Part shown: positions 35,490 to 49,231 of the stretch, one piece after another
Layout: the number at the start of each line of letters is the position of its first letter
Position numbering within the stretch: the stretch's first letter is position 1
Assembly: GCF_963921235.1 (NCBI RefSeq)
Contig: NC_086097.1
Location: 164,178,001 to 164,242,000 of the forward strand
Direction: 5' to 3'
Length of the DNA stretch: 64,000 bases
DNA from: Mobula hypostoma
Lineage: Eukaryota
Position numbers and translations under genes: made by a program
Notes under the pieces: generated by a model
Seen by the model: only the letters and a program-made list of their open reading frames with translations
Databases searched by the model: none
What the model was told of the DNA's origin: nothing

Positions 35490-38465
35490 GTACTGTACTA
35501 CTGGAAGAGAGTTCATCTAGTGAGACATTCTAGGGAGATCTCAGGAATAAGAATGATAAAATCATTATGATACTGTTATAGTGTTGGCCTGCCAATAGGC
35601 ATCAGGAGATGGAAGAGCAGATTTGTAGGCAGATTATGCAAAGATATGACAGCAACAGGGTTGTTTTAGTGAGTGAATCAGAACTGGGTTTGTTATCACT
35701 GGCATGGCAACAAATTCATTGTATTGCTACAACACTACAGTGCAAGGCGTAAAAATTATGATAAGTTTCAAAAATAAATAGAACAGAAGATGAATAATGA
35801 GATAATGTTCATGGGTCCGTGGACCATTCAGAAATCAGGGAGAGAGGAAGAAGTTACTTTAATTTCCCATAATTGACTAGGACTTAATGGTAGAATTATT
35901 TACAGTGGGTAAATCTGGGAAGGTTTATTGGCAAGTGCATTTGTAGTTGAACGAAGGAAAGGGCGATACTGGGCCTTCTATTGGAAAATGTGTCTAGTCA
36001 GATGATCGGAGTTTCAATAGGAGAGTGTTTTAGGAGCAGTGATCATAAATCCAGAAGTATTAAGATAGTTTTGGATAAGGACAGGACTGGAGCTTGGGAG
36101 AGAGGGGTTGGAAGTGCTAAAATGGGGGAAGACTAGTTACAGTAGATTACACAGGAACTGGGGAGAACACATTGGAAACAGCTGTTAAAGTTCATATCTG
36201 ACATGTGAGAGTCTAAAATTTAAAAGCCAGCTGGTTAGGATTCAGAACCAAATTGCTCTTCTGAGGAAGAAAGACCAGGATGGTGAGATACAGGAAACTT
36301 AGATGAGAAGTTTACTCAAAAAGCAAAGGAAGATTACGTAAGGATTAGGAAGATGAAATCGGACTTGATCCTTGGCAATCTAAAGGAAATTAATTAAGAG
36401 CTTAAACAGTGAGTCAGGTCTTGAAATATCCTTGCTGAGCAGGATTTATTGTATGCATAGATTAAAAGCAAGAGATTTGGCTTGGGAGAAGATAGGACCA
36501 CTCAGAAGCAAAGGAGGGAATTTATGTTTGGAGCCAGGATTTAGGCCTGGTACCAAATGAGTACTTGCTCTGGTATTCACCAAGGAGAAGGACATGAAGG
36601 ACATTAGAGAAGGGGTATGCTGCTATCCTAAAGAAGAGGTTCTGGGTCTTTTGAAGGACATTTAAGGTGGTTTGTTTCCAAGGCTTTATCACAGGTTACT
36701 GGCAATAGCAAGAGATGAAATTTCTAGGGCCTTGACATTTTCTGGATCTTTTAACCACAGGCAAGATCCCAGAGGACTGGGGAATAGCAAATATTGTTCC
36801 TCTGTTTAAGAAAGACAGTAGGGATTAACCAGGATATTATAGGCCAATGGACCTGACATCAGTGATAGGGAAATTATTGGAGAAGCTTCTTGAGGATTTA
36901 CTCCTATCTAGAAAAGCATGCACTTATTTGCAATAGTCAGCATGGCTTTGAACAGAAGGAATCGTGAATTATAAACTTGCTAGAGCTTTTGAGGAGGTGA
37001 TGAAGATGATTGATAAGGATAGGGCTGTGGATGCTGCACTAATTTTACTATATATTTGACAAGGTCCCTCTGGTAGACTGATCCAGAAGATTAGGGCATA
37101 TGTTTGATTGGATTCAAAATCAACTTGACCAGGGAAGACAGAGGAGTGGTGGCGGGTGTTATTCTGGCCAGTGGTATTCCATGGGGATTATTGCTAGGAC
37201 CTCTCTTATTTATATTTAAATGATTTAGATGAAAATGTTGATGAGCTGATTAGTAAATTTGCAAATGCTGCAAACATTGGCAGAGGTGTGAATTGTAAAC
37301 CAGGTTGTCAGAGAATAAAGTGACATATACACTACTGTGCTGTAGTGTTCTATGGTTGTATTGTTATTGCTCTATTTCAAAATGATCTATAGTTGTATTA
37401 TTATTGCTCTATTTCAACCATAGAACACTACAGCACAGAAACAGACCCTTCAGGCCATCTAGCCTGTGACAAGCTATTAACCTGCCTAATCCCATCAACC
37501 TCCACCCAGATGATAGCCCTCCACACTCCTCCCATCCATGCCCAAATTTCTCTTAAATGTTGAAATAGAACCCACATCCACCACTTCCACTGGCAGCCCG
37601 TTCCATACTCTCACCACCCTCTGAGTGACGAATTCCCCCCTCGTGTTCCCCTTAAACATTTCACCTCTCACCTTTAATCTCCAGCTCATGGGTCACATCT
37701 AGCTATGGTCAGATGGAGTTTAATCTGGACAAATGTAAAGTGTTGCACTTTGGGAGAACAAATGTAAGAGGAAATTATTCAGTAAATGGCAGGACCTTGA
37801 GGAGCACTAAAGTACAGAGTGATCTTGGGGTGCAAGTCGTAGCTCCCTCAATGTTGCAGCAGAATTAGATAAATTGGTAAATGCGGTGTAGAGAATACTG
37901 ACTTTCATCATTTGGGATGTTGAGCATAAAAGTAGGAAAGTCATATGTAAAACCTTGGTTAGGCCATATTTGGAGTACTGGGTGCAGTTCTGGTCACCAC
38001 AATACATTGCAGGAAGGATGTGGAGGGATTGCAGAAGAGGTGCACCAAGATATTGCCTGGAATAGGGAGTGTAGAGATTGGTCAAATATGAATTGTTATC
38101 CCTGGAGCATGGAAGGCTGAGTGGCAACCTGATAGAAATAAATAAAATTTTGAGTAGAATAGAATAGAATGTATTGTTCCCAAGGTGAAAACGTTAAGTA
38201 CTAGAGGGCAGACATTTAAAGCCAGAGGGAGAAAGGATCAAGGAGAGCTGCAAGACAAATATTTTTAGCAGTGAATGCTTTTGCGTTGTGGTGGAAGCAA
38301 ATAAAACAGGAGCATTTCAAAAACATGCAGTTAGGCGGACTGATAGGTAAGGAACGAAGAATGAGGGTTGGGGATGCAGGCAAACAGGACTGGTTTAATT
38401 AGCATCACAGTTGGCAAAGACGTTATGGGTTGAATGGCCTATTCCTGTTCTGCACTGTTCTAAAT
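35490..38465 (+). mobile_element. Old degraded CR1-like ORF2 with nested fragments
   Basis: Decayed APE/RT DNA motifs (ccagaggactgg, agtcagcatggcttt, tggcagatgg-like, ttggagtactg...cagttctggtcacc). Confidence 0.75.
37415..37688 (-). mobile_element. CR1-like 3' end nested in the older CR1
   Basis: Minus ORF LKVRGEMFKGNTRGEFVTQRVVRVWNGLP and a catagaacactacagcacag terminus. Confidence 0.8.
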
Positions 38466-38816
38466 TCTAAAAATGCACTAAACTAGTAAAGATATGCAAA
38501 GTAGGAGATACACCTCACAGACAACTGCAATTATACTGCAAATCAAAACAACCTCAGAGGGAGGTCTTTGCTACCGGAGAATAATGATTAGCTGCACTAA
38601 ACATGATACAGCTGTTACTCTGGCACGAAAGATGATCTACACTTAACCAACATGACAAACCTCACGTGGAAATCAATGAGATTTCGAGTGCGTACTGACA
38701 GTGACTTGCCAGCAACAAAATGCATTGTGTTCAATAATGTATCGGTGTATAGATCCCCTCTGCTCAGGTTGAAAATGAGACGCAAGAGCTTTATAATTAA
38801 TCAGTGGGAACACAGA

Positions 38817-39120
38817 ATAGGATTACACAGAATATACAGCACAAATACTATAAAATAGGATTATGCAGAATATACAGCACAAACGCTATACCATAGGATT
38901 ACACAGAAAATACAGCACAAACACTATACCATAGGATGACGCAGAATATACAACACAAACACTATTCCATAGGATTATGCAGAATATACAGCACAAACGC
39001 TATACCATAGGATGACGCAGAATATACAGTACAAACACTATGCCATAAGATTACACAGAATATACAACACAAACACTATTCCATAGGATTATGCAGAATA
39101 TACAGCATGAACACTATGCC
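38817..39120. repeat. 38-bp minisatellite, 8 copies
   Basis: Unit ataggattatgcagaatatacagcacaaacgctatacc at 38817, 38855, 38893, 38931, 38969, 39007, 39045 and 39083. Confidence 0.95.
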
Positions 39121-39209
39121 AGTGCGTATGATCCTCTTGGCCTCCTACTGATATTTCTCATTTAAATCTATCAGTGTATCACTGCTTATCCAACTGGTCC
39201 TTAAATCGG

Positions 39210-39330
39210 TGACTGCAAATGCTGAAACCTGGAGCAAATTAGTTTATGTTGGAGGAACTCAGTGAGGCAAGCAGCATCTATGGGAGGAAAGGAATTGTTG
39301 ACATTTCAGATTGAAAAGCCGCATAAGGTC
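39210..39330 (-). mobile_element. Old Penelope-like 3'-terminal fragment with decayed hammerhead
   Basis: Resembles the PLE terminus (ctgcaaatgctg...ggaggaactcag...gcagcatcta...gttgacatttcag). Confidence 0.55.
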
Positions 39331-39680
39331 CTCAAATCATCACACTATTTGCTTCAGTCACTGACTGTGGAAGTGATTGATTCATTCCCTTTGCTTTTTT
39401 ATATAAAGAAGGTTTCTCTGAATTCCCTTTTGGATTTCTTTGTATTATATTGGAAATAAAATTGATGGACTTTTGTTTCTCCCCCATAAGTTGAAACATC
39501 CTCTTTATATTCATTCTAATAAAACCTTTGATTTTTTTTAAACTTCAGGTTTGAGAGAAAGGATTTCAGACTGTTTACCCTTTCCTGAAATGTACAGCCT
39601 TGTTTTCATGGTATCATCCTTAGAAATCCTTAGAGTGCTGTCTAAATATGGTCTTGTCAAGGTTTGACAATGATTGTATG

Positions 39681-39985
39681 TACACTTGGTGGCCTCTTCA
39701 TTAAGTACACCTTGGAAGTGTGAATATCTGATCAGCCAATCATGTGGCAGCAACACAATGCATAAAATCATGCAGACGTGGTCAAGAAGTCAGATGTTGT
39801 CCAGCCTAAAGATCAGAATGGGGAAGAAATGTGATCTAAGTGACTTTGACCATGGAATGAACGTTTGAGTATCTCCGAAACTTTTGATCTCCTGGGATTT
39901 TCACACAACTTTAAAGTGGATAGGCTACAGCAGCAGAAGACCACAAACGTACACTCAGTGGCCACTTTATTAGGTACCTCCTGTA
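39681..39985 (+). mobile_element. Tc1/mariner-derived fragment
   Basis: Two same-orientation left-TIR-like motifs (tacactcagtggccactttattaggtac) at 39681 and 39950, and a Tc1-type transposase start MGKKCDLSDFDHGM. Confidence 0.7.
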
Positions 39986-40261
39986 GGTTCTCTGCTTTTC
40001 AATCCATATTCTCTCCATCTTTGGTTTCTGTTCTCAAGAAGGTGAAGGACCCTCAGACTTTTTAAAAATCTTTTAACCTTTAAGTGTTCTATCAAACTGA
40101 GATAGCTAGCTGCTTCTACATCAGTCTTGCCTTAAATCACATGGCACCTGCTTCTGCCAGAAGATCATGGGATCAGAATCCTCTCCAGAGGCTAAAGGAT
40201 GGAAACCAGGCCAATATTTTTGTAATGTCAGAATGCTGCATAACAAAACATAGAAGAGTAA

Positions 40262-41725
40262 TGCATAGGAACATATCATAGAGTCATAGAAAAGTAAAGT
40301 ACAGCACAGAAACTGTCCCTTTGGCCCATCTAGTCCATGCTGAACCATTTAAACTGTCTTGTCCCATTGACCTGCACCTGGAACATAGCTCTCCATACCC
40401 CTCCCATCCATGTTCCTATCCAAATTTCTCTTAAATATTGAAATCAGCCCAACATCCACCACATCCGCCACTGGCAGCACATTCCACATTCTCACTACCC
40501 TCTGAGTGAAGTAGTTCTCTTTTATGTTCTACTTAAACATTTCACCATTTACCCTTAACCCATGACCTCCAGTAGAAATCTCACCCAACCTCAGTGGAAA
40601 AAGCCTGCTTGGATTTACCCGATCTACAGGCCTCATAATTTGGTATACCTCTATCCAATCTCCCCTCAGTCCTTTGCATTCCAGGGAACAACTTTTCCCT
40701 GTAACTTTGGTCCTCAATTCCTGGCAATATTCCTTTAAATTTTCTCTGGACTCCCAGATCCCTCTGTTCTACTGCACTACTCACTACTCAGTGCCCTACT
40801 GTTCATCATACGTCCCATCCTGATTTGTCCTTGTAAAGTGCAACACCTCACACTAGAATGTGTCAAATTCCATCTGCCATTTGTCATCCCATCTTTCCAC
40901 CTGGTCCAGATCCCGCTGCAAGCCATGTAAGCCTTCCTTGCTGTCCACCTCACCCCCAATTTTGGTGTCAACTGCCAATTTGCTGATCCAATTAACCATA
41001 TTATTGTCCAGATCATTGATATAGATGACAAACAGCAACGGACCCAGCACCATTCCCTGCAGCACTCCACTGGTTACAGGCTTCCAGTCAGAGGGGTAAC
41101 CATCTACTGCCACTCAATGGCTTCTTCCACAAAGTCAACGTCTAATCCAATTTCCTACCTCATCTTGAACACCAAGCAACTGAACTTACTTGACCAACCT
41201 CCCATACACAACCTTGTCAAAAGCCCTGCTGAAGTCCATGTAGATAACATTCACTACCCTGCCTTCATCAACTTTCCTGGTAAAATCCTCAAAAAATTTT
41301 AAGGTTGGTTAGACACGAACTACCACACACAAAGCCAATGTAAAGTGTCTATTCAAATACTCGTAGGTCCAATCTCTTAAAATACATTCCATTAACTTTC
41401 CAACTACTGATGTCAGGCTGACTGGCCTATAATTTCCTGGTTTATTCTTAGAGCCTTTCTTAAACAACAGAATGTACGACCATAAGAAATAGGAGCAGGA
41501 GTAGGCCATCTGGCCTGTTGAGCCTGCTCCGCATTTCGATACGATCATGACTGAACAGAACAATATTAGCTATCCTCCAATCCTCCGGCACCTCAGCTGT
41601 CGTGAAGGGTAATTTAAATAGTTCTGCTGGGGACACTACAATTTCTGCACTAGCCTCCTGCAGGATCCGACGGAACACCTTGTCAAGCCCTGGAAATTTA
41701 TCCAGACTAATTTGTCCCTCCCTGG
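40262..41725 (-). mobile_element. CR1-like LINE with a short nested CR1 3' end (about 41473-41553)
   Basis: RT pieces [35 protein letters not shown]. The nested piece is flanked by aacagaa repeats. Confidence 0.85.
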
Positions 41726-43375
41726 TCAATGTACAGTGTACTATGGACACTACTGAAAGGGAGTTGACCTGATGTCCTGCTCAATAATATTGGCCACTGG
41801 AGTTCTCTCTTCAGCATTGCAGTAATGTGTCTGTCAGATGTGTCAGCAATAAAACCAGAAATGTTCAGCAGGTCAATCAACATCCATAGAGAGAAAAACA
41901 GCATAACAAATCATTGGAGTAGGAACGTGAGTAGGCCTGGCCTCATGAACATAAAGACAAAGCTAAAATCTTAACATACTCTGGCAGATTCCTTACCAAT
42001 CTTTCGGGCAATATCTTACTGCCCAACATTTAATTTATGAGGCGAGGCTGGTTGGTTTTACTGTTCTCTTTCCTGGTGTCTGACTTTCAAGGGACAGAAT
42101 GTCTGTGGGCTTTCTCCCTTTCATTCACTGTATCGGTGACTGAAGGGCATAGAGTTAAATTGCACGAGCAAATGGGGAGCCTGTCTTTAGAACTGTACTG
42201 GGATGTATTGAGTGACTGGACAGATGAAAGAAAGTTGATAATTTTCCAGAGAAGATTGGATTTGATGGGGTGGGGTGAGGGGTTGGGAGGAATTTTAAAA
42301 AAGTTGTAGGAGAGAAGGAGCAACTACTTGGAAAGCTCATTCGACAACTGGCACAATCAAAATGGGCTAAACAGCCTCCGATTGTGCTGTAGGTTTCTGT
42401 GATTTTTCTTTAGGAGTAAGAGGACGAATCAGTGCAGTTTCTCACGCACATTAAGCTGAAGTCAATTATTCAGAACATTCGAAACGCTGACTTTCAACAT
42501 GATTATCAAACCTTCATTCCCTTTACCTTTACTGAACCCAATTTCAGCTCAAGGTCAGACTATTCGGCAATATCAGTAACTATACCTTCCAACATTGCCT
42601 TATTCAAGCCAATAAACACATGCAGAGAACAGCAGGTACTGCTGTTTCCTTACAGTGAAAAGACATTGCTGAGTGCTTGATAGAATTTTCAGAGTTGAGT
42701 AATTACTGGCACTCAATGGCACTGATATTTACGTATCTACTGGAAGCATTTATTTTACCTTATCTGCTGATAGGTATAAAAATAACTGATCTTTATCTCT
42801 AAGCAGAGATGCATCTGTTAAAGGAGAGCACTCCTTGGATGTCATTACTCTAACCTATTCTTTCAAATTGCCTTCTCTATCCATGACTATGGGTCATATT
42901 TCTTTAGACTGCGCAGTTGGTATTATCACAGTTCCTACAATTCTAAAGGGTACTTTCTTTCTCTCTGATCCTCTTCCTTCATATTCTAAAGCTACTCGCC
43001 TTCTATGCCTTGGCAACTCAATGCTTATCTAGACAATTATGAAATACTGTGAGAGCACCTGCCTTCACCATTCCAGTTTCCAATCACCCACTGGCTGAAA
43101 ACATACTTCTTCAGATTCTCTTTAACCTCTAACCTCTAACCTCTCACACTAAGCCTATGCCTCCTGATTTGTTATGGGGAGAGGTTTGCTACTATCTACC
43201 CTATCAATGCCCTCCCTATTTTGTAGAGCTCTGTCAGGTCCCCCTAGTCTCTTCTGTTCCAAGGAAAACAAACTTAGTCTATATTACTGAAACACCTCGT
43301 ACCAAGCAGATTCTAGCCAATCTCCTGTGCAAACACACCTTTCCTATTGCGTGGCAACCAGAACCGTACTGTAGT

Positions 43376-43731
43376 GTTAGGGAAATTTTATTTCCACACC
43401 ACTCGGACCCAGGTATTCAAGAGGCTCTTTATTTTATGTGACACGGAGAGCTGTGCCTCCTGAGAGCAGCAACTCTGCCTTTGGTTACAGGGAGTTCCTT
43501 TATTTAACGTATAGGACATGCAAGCAGCACAGTTACACATTTTAACAAGAATAATAGTTAGTCATAAAACAGGAACTTTGCCTCAGACATTGTTCAACCT
43601 AAAAACACTCAAGTCACATAGTCTTGTGGTTTATAACAGTGGGCTAAAGGGCAGTACCTGATTTCTGCTATCTGTGCATAGAGCAGTGCAGACATGCAAT
43701 TCTATAGTCGCACAAAGGTATGAACCCCTAC
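43376..43731 (-). mobile_element. Possible solo LTR inserted in a CR1 fragment
   Basis: Interrupts CR1-like sequence, has short inverted ends tgttaggg and cccctac, and on the minus strand a TATA-like motif near 43505 followed by AATAAA near 43430. Confidence 0.4.
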
Positions 43732-44105
43732 TCTGGCAAAATTCCTCCACATGTGCCCTAACCAATGTTTCATATCAGTTTATCATAACCCTGCTGCTCA
43801 ATCAGTTGAGCGTGAAAGGTCCCACCGTACTATTTTGGAACAAAGCAGGGGGGTTATCCCTGCAGCTCTAGCCAATGGTTATTCATCCATTAATGTTAGT
43901 GTGATACCTTGTCATTAACACATTGTTAGTTGTGTGAACCTGTTGTGTACACATTGGCTGCAACATTTCCAAAAAGGTTTACTCTATGAAGGTACTTCGT
44001 TGGTGCAAGGTGTATTTGGATGTCCTGAAGGGATGTGGAAGGGGCTACTGAGATACAGGTGTCTTTCTAACCCAGGATGAAATAATTTGCGTAATTATCT
44101 CTTTC

Positions 44106-47100
44106 TTTGCTTTTATTGATTTAAAAGAAGCATAAATACAATCGAGAGGAGAATTATCTCAAATATGTTTATATATATATATATATATCAGTAACAATAC
44201 AAACCGAGATTAAGATAGACATGTTAAAATCATATATTGTTCAACTAGTATAAAATATATAATAAAAAATGAAAACAGCAATTCTCCTCTTACCAGTTTA
44301 TGAAAAGAAAAGAAAAATATTGAGTTTTAAATGAAGAGTAAAAAAAACCCACTACACTATATAAAAAAACCAAAAAAAAATGGGACTGGGCAGTCCATTT
44401 TGAGGATATGACCAAAAAGAAAGAAAGACTTTCTGATCAAATCTAAAATTTTGAAAAAAAGATTGAAAGAGTAATAAATCAAATTAAATGAAAGTATTGG
44501 ATAAAAGGTCGCCAGATTTGCACACATTTAAAGGATGTATCAAATGTCCAACTTCCTATTTTCTCTAAACTTAAACAAGATATAATAGAGGAGAGCCAAT
44601 AAAAGACCGTAGGTGGATTAGAGTCCTTCCACTTCAATAAGATGGCTCTCCTAGCCAGTAAGGTCGAAAAGGCTATCATGCGTTGAGCGGAAACATGTAT
44701 ATTTCCTGCTTCCGATGGGATAATCCCAAAAATTGCAGTAAGCAAATTAGGTTGTAGATCCAGATCCAAAATTTTTGATAGTATTTTAAAAACATCTCTC
44801 CAAAAGTTACCTAGCTTTATACAAGACCAATACATATGAGTTAAAGTGGCTAGCTCAGTATTACATCTATCACAAATAGGATTGATATTGGAGAAATTAC
44901 GCGCTAGTTTATCCTTTGACATATGGGCCCGATGTACTATCTTGAACTGTATCAAGGAATGACGGGCACAAATAGATGAGCTGTTAACCAAATGAAAAAT
45001 TTTACTCCATTGATTATCTGAAAATGACTCCTGAAATTCTGATTCCCAAGTGTGTTTAATTTTATCATTAGATATCATTCGTGAGTTCAATAACCATTTA
45101 TAGATTATAGCTATCAACCTTTTTTTGAAATGGTTTAAACTGAACAAGAGCGTCTGTCATATTAGGTGGATAAGCAGAAGGGTAATTTGGCAACAAACCA
45201 CGTAAAAAATTCCTAATTTGTAAATATCTTAAAGAGTGTACATTAGATAAATCATATTTATCCACAAACTGAGAAAAAGACATTAAACAGTCCCCGAAAA
45301 ACAAATCTGAAAAAGTTATTATTCCCTTGGTTTTCCAAGTTAAAAAGGCCTTATCCGAAATTGATGGTTTAAAAAAATAATTGAGATGGATATTACTAGA
45401 AAGAATAAAATTATTTAACTCAAAAAATCTACGAAACTGAAACCAAATTCTTAATGTATGTTTAATAATGGGATTAAAATCTTGTCTACTAATCTTAGAA
45501 AACAAAAAAGGAAGAGGAGCTCCCAGTAAAGAGGCCAAAGAAAATCCTTTCACCGAGTTTTCCTCCAAATCCAACCATGAAGGACATTCATGTGTATCTG
45601 AATAGTGAATCTAAAAAGTAATATATCGAATATTAATTGCCCAACAGTATATTCTAAAGTTAGGCAAAGCCATACCACCATCCTTTTTTAACTTCTGCTA
45701 TAAGGGTTTACTCAATCTAGGATTTTTATTATTCCAAATATAAGATAAGATTATAGAATCTATTCTGTCAAAGAATTTAGATTAGATTAGATTATGAAGA
45801 CACGCAGTCCTCTTTTATTGTCATCTAGTAATGCATGCATTAAGAAATGATACATTATTTCCTTCGGTGTGATATCACAAAACACAGGACAGACCAAGAC
45901 TGAAAAAACTAACAAAACCACATAATTATAACATATAGTTACAACAGAGCAACAATACCATAACTTGATGAAGAAGTCCATGAGCACAGTAAAAAGTTCA
46001 AAGTCTCTCAAATGTCCCACATCTCACGCAGACGGGAGACGGAAGAAAAACTCTCCCTGCCACGCTCGACCACAGTCCGACTCTGAGTCATCTGAAAACT
46101 TCGAGCTTCCGATCAGCTCTCCGACACCGAGTACTGAGCACCATCAATCTCGGTCGCCAACAGCAGGCAAAGCTGGGGATTTTCAGGCCTTCCCTCCGGA
46201 AGATTTCCGACCGTACAGTAACAACAGCAGTGAACTGGCGTTCCAGAAATTTCTCTAGATGTTCTTCGGTGCTTTCACGTCTGTCTCCATCAAATCAGAA
46301 TTGTCCACGGCCCCTATTTAACGGATACGATGTCATTTTTCACCGGAGGGCTGCGCACGTGCGGCGCGCCGCTTTCTCTCCTCCTGCTGTTATTATACAT
46401 AAGGGAACAAAGAAAGGAACTGCCTGAAATATATATAAACAATTCGGTAAAGCTATCATTTTAATAGCATTAATTCGATCTATTAATGATAATGTCATAG
46501 GCAACCATTTAGAAAGCACTTGTTTGGTGTAACCAATTAATGGAAAAAAATTATATGTACAGAGATCCTTAAAATTTTTAGTAATTTTAATACCAAGATA
46601 GCTAAAGTAATTTTTAGCAATACTAAAAGGTACTTGATGGTTTGGATCCAAGTAATTATTAATAGGAAATAACTCACTTTTATGAAAAACTACTGAATTC
46701 AGAAAATAGAGATAACACAGAAGGAATAGATTTCCTAGGATCAGAAATATAGACTAACAGGTCATCTGCATATAACAAAACCTTGTGTATTTTGTCCCCT
46801 CTCTTAATACCCTGAACAGTGTTAGAATCTCTTAGAGCAATATCAAGGGGTTCTAAGGCCAAGTTAAATAACAGAGGGCTAAGAGGGCATCACTGTTGAG
46901 TACCCCTATATAATCTAAAATCGGGAGATTTTTGATTATTAGTTATAAGAGCAGCCATATGAGCATGATATATCAATTTAATCCAGAAAATAAATTAGGG
47001 CCAAGATTAAATCTTTCCAAAACCTCAAATAAGTAAGACCACTCCACCCTATCAAAGGCTTTCTCTGCATCAAGAGAAACAACACATTCAGATTCTTTAA

Positions 47101-49231
47101 ATGGAGAAGAGTGAATAATATTTAATAATCTTCAAATGTTAAAATGTGAATATCTATTTTTAATAAATCCAGTTTGGTCATTGGAAGTAATAGTAGGTAA
47201 AATATTCTCAAGTCTATTAGCCAAAATCTTAGAGAGAATTTTAAAATCCACATTCTATAGAGAAATTGGTCTCTAAGAGGTGCATTCCGATAAATCTTTA
47301 TCTTTTTTAGGAATTAAAGAGATTGAAGCTTCATAGAAAGTTTTCAGGAGAATCCCAGAGGATATAGAATCTGTGAAAATTTTACATAAATGAGGTATAA
47401 GTATATTAGTAAAAGTCTTATAAAATTCCATTGTATATCCATCCGGTCCTGGAGCCTTAGCTGATTGGAGAGAGGATATAGCCCTTGCCATTTCCTCTTG
47501 TTTAATAGGTGCATCTAATGTATTCATATCTTGAATAGAAATTTTAGGTATATTCAATTTTTTCAAAAAACTATTCATAAAGGTAATATTATCTGAAAAT
47601 TCAGGCTCATAAAGATTAGAGTAGAAACCCATAAATATCTTATTAATTTCATAAGGATCTACTGTTGCAGTTCTATCAGGTCTTCGTATTTTCAGGATCT
47701 GTCTTCTAGCCATATTTGCTTTTAACTGACCAGCTAATAATTTGCCTGACTTGTCTCCATGTATATAAAATTGGCTTTTAGATTTAAGAAGTGGCTGTTC
47801 AATGGGAAAAGTCAAAAGCAAATCATGCTGTGCTTGGAGTTCCACCCTTTCCTTAAAGAGATCTTCACCAGGCATTACTGAATAAAGTTTATCTATTTCT
47901 TTAATCCTATTATTGATCAGTAAAAGTTCCGCCTTAGTTTCCCTTCTTGAACCTATGGAATATGAAATTATCTGTCCTCTAAGAAAAGATTTCATCGCAT
48001 CCCAAATAACCAAATTTGACATTCCCTCAGTGTATTTAATTAAAAAAAATAGAGAAATTTGCTCTTTAAATTAAATTTAAATTTGCTCATTAAATCTCCA
48101 CTGAAGTATCTGAATATTATCAGAGAGCTCCAAAGTTAGTTTCATAGGTGCACGATCTGACAACGCAATCACGTCATAAGTACATTCAACAACAGAGGGC
48201 ACCAATCGCAGATCCAACAAAAAATAAACAATTCTTGAATATTTATGGTATACATGTGAAAAAAATGAAAGATCTTTTTCTTTAGGATATTTAAATCTCC
48301 AAATGTCGACCAGACCGTAATCTAATAAAAAAGAACTAATACAAGTCACAGCTTTATTAGGAAGTGACGGATTGGTGGACGATCTGTCAATCGACGGATT
48401 GAGACAGCAGTTAAAGTCACTGCCCATAATCAGCTTATAGTCATTTAAATTCGACAATACAGAAAATAGCTTCTTAAAGAATTCAGGGCTATCTATATTA
48501 GGTGCATATACACACACCAAAGCCACCTTTTGACCACAGAACAAACGAGTAACAATTAAATATCTTCCAATTAAATCAGTAACAGTATTAAAATAAACAA
48601 AGGGGATTTTAGAATTAATAAAAATAGATACCACTCTTATTATATTTGCTGATAAAGAATGAAATAAGGATCCCTTCCAAAATTTAAAAAAGCGATTTTC
48701 ACCCTGCCTACAGAAATGAGTCTCCTGCACAAAAATAATATCTGCATGAAGTGTTTTTCATTTCCTTTAAATCCTTCTGTGCTTAATAGGTTGGTTCATA
48801 CTGTTTAAATTCCAAGATGTTATATTAATTTTATTAAGAACCTTATTTAAAGTTTAATTTTAAAATTTTATAAAGTAATCTAATGCGCAGGCTCAGCCTA
48901 AATTGCAAGGAAGGGCGAAGCATGACTCGATCAGAAAGAGAAGCAAAATGATTGACAAAGAAAAACCCCTCAGGACTGCCCAGTCGAAAAAAATAACCTA
49001 ATAGCCCCACCCATCTCCCCCAAAGACCCAGAAACCGGAATAGGCGAATGGCATGCTAATCTAATAACCTTTAACCCCTGTCTCCAGCTGGCAGCTCATA
49101 TTTACAAAGTAAAATGTTACCACCACCAAAAAGACATAACTAAGAATACATAAAGAAGTAAACAGATTCCAAGTATTTTCATATTATGTCTAACAGTAGT
49201 TAAGATCGAATTAACGACGGCCATCTTAAGG
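44106..49231 (-). mobile_element. L1/Tx1-like LINE with near-complete disrupted ORF2 (APE-RT-zinc finger)
   Basis: 15-bp TSD gtaattatctctttc at 44091-44105 and 49232-49246. Motifs QETH, VYAPN, GSDFN, KAPGPDG, LYADD, SYLG, CDRC...HMYWSC. Confidence 0.92.
45779..46399 (-). mobile_element. CpG-rich non-autonomous retroelement nested in L1 ORF2
   Basis: Removing it restores L1 frame VPLKFFDRIDS. Its 3' end has AATAAA and an (aatct)n tail like the Rex/Babar copy at 18128. Confidence 0.75.

Noticed and set aside
38817..39120. CRISPR-like array
   Set aside because: Contiguous 38-bp units with no unique spacers, no cas genes and a vertebrate intron context. It is a minisatellite.
44106..49231. Autonomous active LINE
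   Set aside because: ORF1 is absent, and ORF2 has stops, frameshifts and a nested insertion. No intact autonomous element was found in the window.
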